From a virus (lineage: Duplodnaviria; Caudoviricetes), in the IMG/VR virus record IMGVR_UViG_3300016474_000309, positions 1 through 25,139 of that record: a stretch of DNA of 25,139 nucleotides, one strand, 5' to 3'. Made by a program: the position numbers and the translations under genes. The notes under the pieces are model-generated. The model saw only the letters and a program-made list of their open reading frames with translations, was not told the origin of the DNA and ran no database searches. This document shows, piece by piece, positions 8,147 through 15,825 of this stretch; position 1 is the stretch's first letter, and every line of letters starts with the position of its first letter.

Positions 8147-8577
8147 TCGTCTGGCCTCTTGCCGGTCCAAGCGTAGGTTGCCAGCTTGGCAAACGCTTCG
8201 GGGTTGGTGTTTTCCACGATCTCCCGCACCTGTTCTTTGGTCAGGTCGGGATGGAACTTTTTGAGCATCTCGCCCACAATGGCCGTCTGAAGCTCGATGG
8301 ACCGCAGGATGATGGCCACACCTTCTTCGCTGTCCACGGCCGGCGGGAAGAACGCACGACGTGCACAGGCGCGGTTGAAAATGGCATCAGCCACGGCCGG
8401 CGGCTGGTCTCGCATCGCTTCGCGGGCGATCACCATCGGGTCATCGGCCTGCTTGCGGACATAAGCCTGAATCTGCGAGCGGCCGCCGATGGTCAGCGGT
8501 GTCATCTTGTAAACGACACCGCCAAGCTCGGCATCAAGGAAGTCATCACCAAGTTCGTTCAGGTGAAAAACAGGCAT
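8098..8577 (-). CDS. Tail assembly chaperone (gpG-like)
   Basis: Lies between tube and tape measure genes. GAGG RBS. Contains an XXXYYYZ heptamer near its 3' end. Confidence 0.8.
   Translation of the reverse strand: MPVFHLNELGDDFLDAELGGVVYKMTPLTIGGRSQIQAYVRKQADDPMVIAREAMRDQPPAVADAIFNRACARRAFFPPAVDSEEGVAIILRSIELQTAIVGEMLKKFHPDLTKEQVREIVENTNPEAFAKLATYAWTGKRPDDPNPAADQATQSTGTN
8140..8146 (-). promoter_or_regulatory. Programmed -1 ribosomal frameshift site C CCA AAC
   Basis: In-frame GAC CCA AAC matches X XXY YYZ. The -1 frame is open to 7925. This is the conserved gpG/gpGT arrangement. Confidence 0.8.
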
Positions 8578-8587
8578 AAGACCTCTA

Positions 8588-9043
8588 TCAGTTGGCCAGT
8601 ACGGTCAGGTTGTTGGTCGTCAGATCGCCGTGGTTGACCAGCGACAAATCGACGTTCAGGATGTCGTTGGGATCAAGGCTGTGCTTGAGGTCGGTGATCA
8701 TGAACGCACCCACCTTGTTCATGCTGCCGGCCGTGATGTTTCCGGTGACGTAGTCGCCCTTTTTCAAGGCCCACGTGGTACCGTTGGCAAAGGGTGCCGT
8801 CAGGTTGGACTGGGATACGTAGGCGGAGACTTCCAGTTGCACCTTCTCGTTGCCGGGTGCCACCAGCGTGCCAGCCGTGTTGGTTGGAGCTTCGGCCGAT
8901 TCGACCGACTCATCAATCGATCCGCTCTTGATGACCAGGCTGATGGCCGTGGCGTTGGCCTGAATCACGCCACCAAGCGTGATGGGTGTCAGGAGGACGG
9001 TACCTCCCTTGAACGTTTGCGGGTTGCCCTTGGCAGCGGCCAT
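8588..9043 (-). CDS. Major tail tube protein
   Basis: 151-aa beta-rich protein upstream of the chaperone. C-terminal 'FMITDLKHSLDPNDILNVDLSLVNHG' tube-type motif. AAGGA RBS. Confidence 0.8.
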   Translation of the reverse strand: MAAAKGNPQTFKGGTVLLTPITLGGVIQANATAISLVIKSGSIDESVESAEAPTNTAGTLVAPGNEKVQLEVSAYVSQSNLTAPFANGTTWALKKGDYVTGNITAGSMNKVGAFMITDLKHSLDPNDILNVDLSLVNHGDLTTNNLTVLAN

Positions 9044-9055
9044 TGCTTAATCCTT

Positions 9056-9433
9056 TCAGGACGGGGTGATCATGAAATCGACGGTGAACTCAAATGACCA
9101 GACATTGGCCTGACCGGTCTCGACGGGTGTGGCAAAATCTTCCGGCTCAGCCTTGACGTTGATCAGGCCGGGACAAGTGAACGATGACAACAAGGTCATG
9201 GCCGTAAAGCCGTTCTCGTAGGCCGCCACGGCGTCGGTGTCGAGCAGGGCAAAGCGATAACGGTGGGTGTCGATCTGCAAGCCCACGTTGGCGTATTCGC
9301 GGCTGAAGCCCATCGGCCGATATGTGGCCACCGGCGGATCATCTGAGGCGGGTGCATACTCCAGCCACAAGGCCGGCAGCGATCCCGCGTTGGCCGCCCA
9401 ATAAGTGGCAATCTTGGCTGGCAGATCGTTCAT
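9056..9433 (-). CDS. Tail terminator/completion protein
   Basis: Size and position just upstream of the tube gene. 'APASDDPPVATY' resembles the terminator P.xP motif. Confidence 0.65.
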   Translation of the reverse strand: MNDLPAKIATYWAANAGSLPALWLEYAPASDDPPVATYRPMGFSREYANVGLQIDTHRYRFALLDTDAVAAYENGFTAMTLLSSFTCPGLINVKAEPEDFATPVETGQANVWSFEFTVDFMITPS

Positions 9434-9798
9434 GCTGGCACCGCCAAGGCCGGCTTGCGGCGAACGAGGCTGATTTCCGTGTGGTGTCCGCTCAGGCCGG
9501 GATAACGCACGGAATCGACCTGGCCAAGGAAGGTCACGCCATAGTCGGCGACCACCTTCACCCAGAACTTGGTTTCCACAGGCTGGGCATATTCTTTGGG
9601 CAGATAGACGATGTAACGGGCCTCAGTCTGCTCAAAGTTGCCCGGCTCGACATATCGGCTGGTGTTCTTCTGGTCCACCCGGCATCGGCTGGAACCGACC
9701 TTGGCCAGCGTCTGCGTGACTTGACCAAACGAGCCTTGGCCGTTGGTCTCCTGATAGATCGTGGCCGTGGCGTTGAGCAGGTGTGCTGGCAGGCTCAT
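9430..9798 (-). CDS. Head closure / head-tail adaptor (SPP1 gp16-like)
   Basis: 'ATIYQETNGQGSFGQV...CRV...HHTEI' pattern and synteny. Confidence 0.7.
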   Translation of the reverse strand: MSLPAHLLNATATIYQETNGQGSFGQVTQTLAKVGSSRCRVDQKNTSRYVEPGNFEQTEARYIVYLPKEYAQPVETKFWVKVVADYGVTFLGQVDSVRYPGLSGHHTEISLVRRKPALAVPA

Positions 9799-10208
9799 TT
9801 GGTGCCTGCTTTCTTGAGAGCGTCGGCGATTCTTGCCTCAATTAACGGCAGGCATTTTTCAAATGATGGTTCGAGGTAAGGCCGTGGCGGGAATGTGCCG
9901 CGCTTCGTTTTTCCACCCAGCTCTTGAAGCCGTGCGTAAATCAAGTTGTCCACAGGCCCGACCTTGGCAGAGAACCTATCCTTGGACGGCTCAACTTGAA
10001 TTGACGAACGCAAATGACCGCCCTGTTTGTGCGGTGGCTCACCGGGTGCCGATGGCTCGCCGGGGAAAGCACCTGGTACCGAAAGAGCATCTTTTGTAGC
10101 TCTGTTAACTTTCAGTGCCGACCATTCCACAGCGTTTATAATGGCACGCTGTGCGTTTGCTGCGTATTTGTTGCCACGCCACGTGATCTTTACGTTGGTT
10201 GTCGCCAC
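9795..10208 (-). CDS. HK97 gp10-like neck/tail completion protein
   Basis: Motifs PSAPGEPPH..G.LRSSI, YARLQELGG, PPRPYLEPS. Confidence 0.85.
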   Translation of the reverse strand: MATTNVKITWRGNKYAANAQRAIINAVEWSALKVNRATKDALSVPGAFPGEPSAPGEPPHKQGGHLRSSIQVEPSKDRFSAKVGPVDNLIYARLQELGGKTKRGTFPPRPYLEPSFEKCLPLIEARIADALKKAGTK

Positions 10209-10212
10209 GGCA

Positions 10213-10767
10213 TCACCCCGCTGTGTAAACGCGATAAGGCTGGATCAGGGTGGAAATATAAGGCGGCAGACCTTTCAAAAAGGCCGTGTTCATCGTGTAG
10301 CTGTAATCGCCGATCGACTCGCTGGAGACGATGCTGCTCTTGCCTTGCATGTCGAGCATCCACGTCATCACCACACCGATCAGCATGTCTTGCGTGGTCT
10401 GGTCGAGGCCGGCGGAAGTATAAGTCACAACGATATTGGTGATGCCCGGGTCCCAGCCCAGCACCTGATTCCAGAATCCCTTCCACATGCGGCTGACGCG
10501 GCCTTCGGAATCCCAGTGGATGCTGGTCATATCCATCGCGTTGCCGTTGGAGGTGATTGAGTCCACCGAGGCCACTGGTGTGCAGTTGAGCCAGAGAATC
10601 GACTGGTTCTTGCCGCTGAATGTCTGCGTCTTGCTGCCGGCCGTCAGGTCACGTCCAAGAGCTTGCACCAGATACGCCTCAGCCGCGTTGGCAAGAGCCT
10701 GAAGCGGCCCCGGTGCCAAGCTGGCGAGTTGCGGATACATGCTTGTGACTTGCGGGCTGACTGGCAT
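10213..10767 (-). CDS. Head-tail connector (gp6/gp15-like adaptor)
   Basis: Motifs AAEAYL..LGR, PVASVDSI, IVVTYTSAG, SESIGDYSYT, LIQPYR. Start at ATG 10767 with a GAGG RBS. Confidence 0.85.
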   Translation of the reverse strand: MPVSPQVTSMYPQLASLAPGPLQALANAAEAYLVQALGRDLTAGSKTQTFSGKNQSILWLNCTPVASVDSITSNGNAMDMTSIHWDSEGRVSRMWKGFWNQVLGWDPGITNIVVTYTSAGLDQTTQDMLIGVVMTWMLDMQGKSSIVSSESIGDYSYTMNTAFLKGLPPYISTLIQPYRVYTAG

Positions 10768-10786
10768 GGTAAGCCTCTTGTAAATA

Positions 10787-10905
10787 AATTCAGGGTGATA
10801 TGACGACCACCCTGAACTCTTTCCATCCAAGCCGATCACCCGGCTTGAAATCAGGGTCAGACGGTGATGTCTGACCCCCGGCTCGCAAGGGAGGGATAAG
10901 CTCCC
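10787..10905 (-). ncRNA. Candidate structured cis-RNA: four hairpins, two with complementary loops; the last is terminator-like
   Basis: Minus strand: GGGAG/CTCCC; GGGTCAGAC-ATCACC-GTCTGACCC; TTCAAGCCG-GGTGAT-CGGCTTGGA; AGTTCAGGGTGGT-CGTCAT-ATCACCCTGAATT followed by TATTT. Confidence 0.55.
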
Positions 10906-10920
10906 CGGCCCGTTATTGCA

Positions 10921-12363
10921 TTACTTGCTCTTCAGCACGCGGATGGCGTTGGGCTGAACAACACGGCCACCACGACGAGCACGAAGAACAAACTCATAAG
11001 AGCCGTTCTTGTATGCGGGCTGGTCGTTGACCTTGATGGTCGGGCTGACCCGATCCAGCATGTAATAAGCGGCCTTGAAATCGCCGTAGTACAGCGGCAG
11101 TGTGCCGGCCGTGACCGACAGGCTTGGCATGTTTTCCGAGATGATGATCGGACGGCCCAGCAGCGAACCGTTGGCCCACGTGGTACCGCCGCCAGGCGTG
11201 GCGCCAATGAAGCCATAGTTCGGCAGGAAGAGCGGACGGGACTGGCTATCGACCAGAGACGCGATCGCACCCAACGTGGACGAGTTCATCAGCCAGGCAC
11301 CTGTAGCACGGAACTGCTGCGGTGTCTGGTAGAACATGTTGATCACGTCCTGATACGTGATCACGGCACCCGTGGTGGTGGCGGTGATTTGCGTCACGAC
11401 ACCCGACTCGGTCAAGCCATAGGGTTGGCTGGAACCGGTACCGGCGATGATCGCGGCATCCGTAGCCACGGCCAGCGACTTTTGGAAGATGTCGGGGATC
11501 AGCGTGCTCAGGCCATAAGCGTTGTCTTCGAGGATCGAGATCGAAAACAGGCCATAGGCCCAGACTTCGTTGACGTTGATGTCGATCTGCTCAACCGTCA
11601 GGTTCGAGCCTTGATCGGTCGGGCTGGCCGGCGTTTCACCGCCCCACGACACCGTCACCGGATAGGCCGGATAGATGTTGTTGGTCGTCTTGACGCGGGG
11701 GAAGCGGGTTGTCAGCGTGGTGGTCGGGATGGTGCGGACAGCGTCCTGAAGCATGCCGGCCTGCGGAGGCGTCATGATCAGTTCGGACCACTGGATCGGC
11801 ACCAGCGCGGCACCGCCACCAGCGGTACCAGCGGCCACGCCTTCGGTGAATGCCTTGCGGACCAGCTCACCGGCACCGGCGTAGTCACGGCCACCAGACC
11901 GCATGAACTTGAGCACTTCGCGGGTGAACTGCGGCGTGCAAGCCTTGGTGATGGTTTCTTCGGAATAGCCTTCCGACAGGTAGGCTTCCACGGTCTCGGG
12001 CTTGGGTTCAATAGCGGGAATCAGGTTCTTGTTGGTCAGATTGACCTTGAACATGCCGGGCTGCGGCACGTATCCGCCGGGCGTGGCCTTCACGTCATAA
12101 ACGTGGCCAGGCCGATTGGCGGCCGGCACTTCGTTGGCCCATGCGTTGTTTTGTTCGATGGTCGCCTTGAGGGCAACACGGCTGTTTTCCAGCTCGGTCG
12201 CTTTGGTCACGGCGGCGTTGATCTCGGAAAGGCGGTCGCCCACCTTCTTCATTTCAACGGCTTCATCCGTGGTGTAGGTTTGCTTGGAAACAAGCTCGGA
12301 AGCACGCGCCTTCAACGTCGCGGCTTCGGCCTGCAATGCAGCCAGTTCGTGGTTTTCGGCCAT
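10921..12363 (-). CDS. Major capsid protein, HK97 fold, with N-terminal coiled-coil scaffold (delta domain)
   Basis: Motifs GGGAALVP, WGGE, IIAGTGSSQPYG, WLMNSST..L.DSQSRPL, LLGRPIIISENMP, YGDFK, RRGGRVVQPNA. Confidence 0.95.
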   Translation of the reverse strand: MAENHELAALQAEAATLKARASELVSKQTYTTDEAVEMKKVGDRLSEINAAVTKATELENSRVALKATIEQNNAWANEVPAANRPGHVYDVKATPGGYVPQPGMFKVNLTNKNLIPAIEPKPETVEAYLSEGYSEETITKACTPQFTREVLKFMRSGGRDYAGAGELVRKAFTEGVAAGTAGGGAALVPIQWSELIMTPPQAGMLQDAVRTIPTTTLTTRFPRVKTTNNIYPAYPVTVSWGGETPASPTDQGSNLTVEQIDINVNEVWAYGLFSISILEDNAYGLSTLIPDIFQKSLAVATDAAIIAGTGSSQPYGLTESGVVTQITATTTGAVITYQDVINMFYQTPQQFRATGAWLMNSSTLGAIASLVDSQSRPLFLPNYGFIGATPGGGTTWANGSLLGRPIIISENMPSLSVTAGTLPLYYGDFKAAYYMLDRVSPTIKVNDQPAYKNGSYEFVLRARRGGRVVQPNAIRVLKSK

Positions 12364-12427
12364 GCTTCTAACCTCTAATTCGGGCTAAGTTAAACTCATG
12401 GCCTGCCCGTAAAGGGCCACAAGCACG

Positions 12428-12467
12428 TAATGTCCTTACATTATCACCGTTAAAAGCGATTATGCAA
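12428..12467 (-). promoter_or_regulatory. Possible internal promoter for the capsid gene with an overlapping palindromic operator
   Basis: TTGCAT (12467-12462) - 16 nt - GATAAT (12445-12440). Inverted repeat TAATGT-N4-ACATTA at 12428-12443. Confidence 0.4.
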
Positions 12468-13254
12468 GTGCAGGAGGTTTGTTGGTCGGGTCAACCGTGG
12501 TAGCGACCACAGAATAAGCGTCCCAGCCCCAGCCCTGAACGTTCTTCTCGCCGATCCAGCAATAGCCATTCTGGCCCCAGCGGGTGCCCCAGCTATTCTG
12601 CATTTTGATCAGCCATTCACCGGTCGCTGTGCGTTTCATCCCCATGCCGCCACACACCGCGTGGTTGTGAGCACCGGCATGATTCTGTGGCCGGCCAAAC
12701 GAGTCCAGCGTGTTGAAATTGCCATTGACCGACAGACTGAAGTTGAACGGCTGACGGAGCTGCGCGGCGATGCACAGGCTCTTCCAGTCTGGCAGAGCGT
12801 AACCGATCTCGATTTTATGGTTGGCCGCGTTGGCCTTGGCGGCCGCTGAGATCATCGTCGGGTTGATCAGGCCATAAAGCACCAGCGGCTCTTCGCATGT
12901 GCCTTCACGGCTCAGCAAGGCCAGTGCGTCGGCAATGGACGAGCCGGTGTCCCAGCCATTGCAGAGCTTGGCATAAACGTACCAGGCCGAAAGAGCTTCA
13001 TAATGCTGGCCTGAGATCCATCGTGCGATCTCCAGCGAACTGGCGGCTGCGTGACCGTTGCAGGCACCACGGCCGTTCTGGTCCTTGATCTTGATCGGGT
13101 AGGCGGCATCGGTCGTCAGGTCATACTCACGCCACTCGGAGACGGGTATATCCGGCAACGCGGCCGCCGTCATCAGCCGTTGCGTCGATGGCCGGTTGCC
13201 GAGATACCGCCACTCACCGTCAGGCGTTGGCCATGCTTCGAGACGTGTCGTCAT
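12460..13254 (-). CDS. Papain-like cysteine peptidase (C1A family)
   Basis: IKDQNGRGACNGHA (oxyanion Q, catalytic C), NHAV (H), QNSWGTRWGQNGY (N). Confidence 0.9.
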   Translation of the reverse strand: MTTRLEAWPTPDGEWRYLGNRPSTQRLMTAAALPDIPVSEWREYDLTTDAAYPIKIKDQNGRGACNGHAAASSLEIARWISGQHYEALSAWYVYAKLCNGWDTGSSIADALALLSREGTCEEPLVLYGLINPTMISAAAKANAANHKIEIGYALPDWKSLCIAAQLRQPFNFSLSVNGNFNTLDSFGRPQNHAGAHNHAVCGGMGMKRTATGEWLIKMQNSWGTRWGQNGYCWIGEKNVQGWGWDAYSVVATTVDPTNKPPALA

Positions 13255-13781
13255 TTGACGGCCTCCGCCAGCTTGACGATGTCATCCAGCGTCTTTGGGC
13301 TGGCCACCTTGATCAGCTTGCCGCCACCATCCTGAAGGATCACGCACGGTGTGCCGCTGGTTGTAAGCTGCTGCCGAAAGCCAAGAGTGTCGATGTCCTG
13401 CTCGATGGTTGCGTAGGTGCGGAACTCGATGCCCTTGGCTTCCACGGCCTTTCTCAGGTCGGTACTGGTGCGCCATGCGGCCTGCTCCGGATTGTTCGCG
13501 TCCACGATCACGCTGAACCACTTGACGCCGGCAATCTGGTCAGGCACCGGCGGCGGCTTGGGCCGTGGTTTCTCCGGCTCAGGCACGACATCGGCCGAGC
13601 GGATCACCGTCACGCGGCCAGATTGCTTGCCGACCAGGTAGGTGTTACCGGCATCGCTGAACGTCCAGGACGGTTCAGAGATCACCGGCAGCGATTGAGC
13701 GGTCAGATCGGCCGGCGGTTCGGCCGATGACTGCTGAAAAGTTAAAAGTAAAGTAAGTAACGCCAGTAATGGCTTAGACAT
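13251..13781 (-). CDS. Secreted protein: signal peptide, Pro-rich linker, thioredoxin-like fold lacking CxxC
   Basis: MSKPLLALLTLLLTF signal; PEPEKPRPKPPPVP linker; 'GTPCVILQDGGGKLI' cis-Pro loop pattern. ATGA-coupled to the peptidase. Confidence 0.65.
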   Translation of the reverse strand: MSKPLLALLTLLLTFQQSSAEPPADLTAQSLPVISEPSWTFSDAGNTYLVGKQSGRVTVIRSADVVPEPEKPRPKPPPVPDQIAGVKWFSVIVDANNPEQAAWRTSTDLRKAVEAKGIEFRTYATIEQDIDTLGFRQQLTTSGTPCVILQDGGGKLIKVASPKTLDDIVKLAEAVK

Positions 13782-13803
13782 AAGTCGTCCTGTTTTGGGC
13801 CGG

Positions 13804-14064
13804 TCATCCTCGATAGGCGGCCTTGGCGGTCTCCTGGCATCCCTCGACCCATTGGCCAAGTTCATCAGCGGTAAACGTTGCGGCCTGTCCAGACCGGATT
13901 TTGGCGGCCAGCCGCTCCAACAGATCGGGGAGGATCTGCTGGAGGATCGGCACAATCACAATCTTGACGATCGGCCACAACAAAGCGAACGGGATCACGG
14001 GGAAACCCATGTTGGACCGTTCGTCAGCGTTGTTGACGATGTGCGGCGTGCTCATTTGCTGCAC
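13804..14064 (-). CDS. Small membrane protein
   Basis: Hydrophobic FPVIPFALLWPIVKIVIVPILQQIL segment. Exact start uncertain (14055 is ATGA-coupled). Confidence 0.6.
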   Translation of the reverse strand: MQQMSTPHIVNNADERSNMGFPVIPFALLWPIVKIVIVPILQQILPDLLERLAAKIRSGQAATFTADELGQWVEGCQETAKAAYRG

Positions 14065-14288
14065 TTGCCATCAGGGCAGATCACAACCACGGGAGCCACG
14101 GCCTGACGCTGGAAGAGCTTGGGCAGCACCAGACGCGACTTGGCAGGCTCGGTCGTCATGAAGATCACCGGTGCGGCCTTGGCAGGCTCGACCACGAACA
14201 ATTGAGGCACCGGCTTGGCAGCTTCGGCCTTTTCACACTTGCCAGACTGACATGCTTGCACGGCATAAATCACGTATTCAACGGCCAA
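14052..14288 (-). CDS. Small protein with two CxxGKC motifs
   Basis: CQSGKC and CPDGKC flank an Ala/Pro/Val-rich linker. TTG start with AGGTG upstream. Confidence 0.6.
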   Translation of the reverse strand: MAVEYVIYAVQACQSGKCEKAEAAKPVPQLFVVEPAKAAPVIFMTTEPAKSRLVLPKLFQRQAVAPVVVICPDGKCSK

Positions 14289-14396
14289 CGGATCACCTGA
14301 CCTTTCTGGGACAGAGTTGAACTGCCAAGGAATTCTTAGCAGTTGAAGAGTGCCGCCATGCTGCCTCTCGGCATGAGGCGGCCGGCGCTGGGGAGT

Positions 14397-14669
14397 TTAC
14401 TCGCAGACGCTTTTACACTTGATGCCCATCTCAAGTTTCTTGATGAGCACCTCGTTTTTCAGCTTGCTCTTGCGATACTCTCGCAGGCTGTGCCAGTGCA
14501 GATAGCCCACACCGGCGGTAAGGATGGCGGGTGTAATGTCCACCAGGTGATGCACCAGCGAGCCTTCCAGTGGCCCCGCCACAACGCCGATCAGCTCGCA
14601 GGCTGAGAGCGTGAACCAGATTGGGACAGGTAAAAAACCGATCCCATTTGCATCAGGCTGGTGATCCAT
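14397..14669 (-). CDS. Holin-like membrane protein
   Basis: Two hydrophobic segments and a basic C-terminal tail (REYRKSKLK). Confidence 0.5.
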   Translation of the reverse strand: MDHQPDANGIGFLPVPIWFTLSACELIGVVAGPLEGSLVHHLVDITPAILTAGVGYLHWHSLREYRKSKLKNEVLIKKLEMGIKCKSVCE

Positions 14670-14671
14670 CT

Positions 14672-14932
14672 TTATTCACCCTGTTTAAGGTAATAACTGC
14701 CGAGGTAACGAGTCTGAAGCCATGCCGCCAGCATCGTCAGGGCCGGGACAAAGATCGCCACCTTGGTCCCAGTCAGCCATTTATCAGACTGCTGGAGCAC
14801 TGAGACAACCACCATCAGCAGCACGTTAAAAAGGCCGCTGGATGCGATGGTCGCCAGTGCGATCCGCTTCAACTCAGATAGATTAACATAACCCTGAAGG
14901 CTTGGTAATCTCTTCAGCTCATCTTCGCTCAT
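14672..14932 (-). CDS. Holin-like membrane protein
   Basis: Two predicted TM helices (IALATIASSGLFNVLLMVVVSVL; VAIFVPALTMLAAWL). Confidence 0.55.
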   Translation of the reverse strand: MSEDELKRLPSLQGYVNLSELKRIALATIASSGLFNVLLMVVVSVLQQSDKWLTGTKVAIFVPALTMLAAWLQTRYLGSYYLKQGE

Positions 14933-15165
14933 GCGGGCCTCGGTGGTGCGGGTGGAAGTGGTTTGGTTGGCCGTGGCCAGACATAGTTTGGATCTGCCAG
15001 ATACTTGTTCAGATCCGGTTTTTCACAAGGGATCATGGCCTGGTAGTATTTCACCCAGACCAGCTCGTCGGCACTCCAGCGGGCGATGGCAAGCTGGCGT
15101 TGCTTGACCTTCTCCAGCGTGGCCTTGTCGAATGCCTGGCCTTTCATGAACTGTTCCAGCGTCAT
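14929..15165 (-). CDS. Hypothetical protein (78 aa)
   Basis: ATGA-coupled on both sides. Confidence 0.65.
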   Translation of the reverse strand: MTLEQFMKGQAFDKATLEKVKQRQLAIARWSADELVWVKYYQAMIPCEKPDLNKYLADPNYVWPRPTKPLPPAPPRPA

Positions 15166-15371
15166 TTGCTGTCACCTCTCGGGACTGTAAAACAATGTCC
15201 CAGCACCACGCCAATGCCCAAGGCAAAACCAAGCGTGTGCTGGTTGACTTCCCAGATGGATTGGCTCCACGTCATGCCGCCCGACTGCCACTTGACCAGA
15301 TCGACCAACAGAAGCACGATGGCGATGGTGATCAGCAAAATGAAGTTCTTGGCGGCGGTGTTGAAGGTCAT
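15162..15371 (-). CDS. Small two-TM membrane protein
   Basis: Start MTFNTAAK at 15371 overlaps the upstream stop (ATGA). Hydrophobic segments FILLITIAIVLLLVDLV and LGFALGIGVVLGH. Confidence 0.65.
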   Translation of the reverse strand: MTFNTAAKNFILLITIAIVLLLVDLVKWQSGGMTWSQSIWEVNQHTLGFALGIGVVLGHCFTVPRGDSK

Positions 15372-15814
15372 GGCAATGGCGGCCAATTCATGGGTGGCAA
15401 TTCGGCAATCAATTGTTCTGGCGTTGGAATTGGCCTTGTACCGGCCTGCACTTCGCCAAGAATCTGATAAGCCTTGATCCAGACCGCGTCTCGCCATGCT
15501 ACGCAGGCTTCGCCTTCCGCCTTAAATTGCGGTGTGGCTGAAAGTGCATATGTGCAGGCCGAAATAATTGTGTCGTATCCTCTCTCGCCTGCCACGGCGT
15601 TGAGATGGTCAGCCACCACTGCCTGAGCTTCAGCTTCAGTCATTGGCGGTGGCACGTAATCACTGGCCAGAATCCATGTGCCACCAAGCAGGTCCTGGCA
15701 AAATGCGATGCCGATGTCTTTGCTGAACACGCCATTTTGATCAAGGCAAACGCTGTCGTTCACCGTGATTGATTGAACAGATCTGCCATCTACCAGGCGG
15801 ATAAAATCAGCCAT
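15368..15814 (-). CDS. Fibre-associated protein (tail fibre assembly-type)
   Basis: HLNAVAGERGYDTIISACTYA...F.AEG.A.V.WRD.VW...RPIPT.E.LI.ELP..W is a motif I recall from genes next to phage fibre genes. Confidence 0.7.
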   Translation of the reverse strand: MADFIRLVDGRSVQSITVNDSVCLDQNGVFSKDIGIAFCQDLLGGTWILASDYVPPPMTEAEAQAVVADHLNAVAGERGYDTIISACTYALSATPQFKAEGEACVAWRDAVWIKAYQILGEVQAGTRPIPTPEQLIAELPPMNWPPLP

Positions 15815-15825
15815 CGTGGCCCTCG

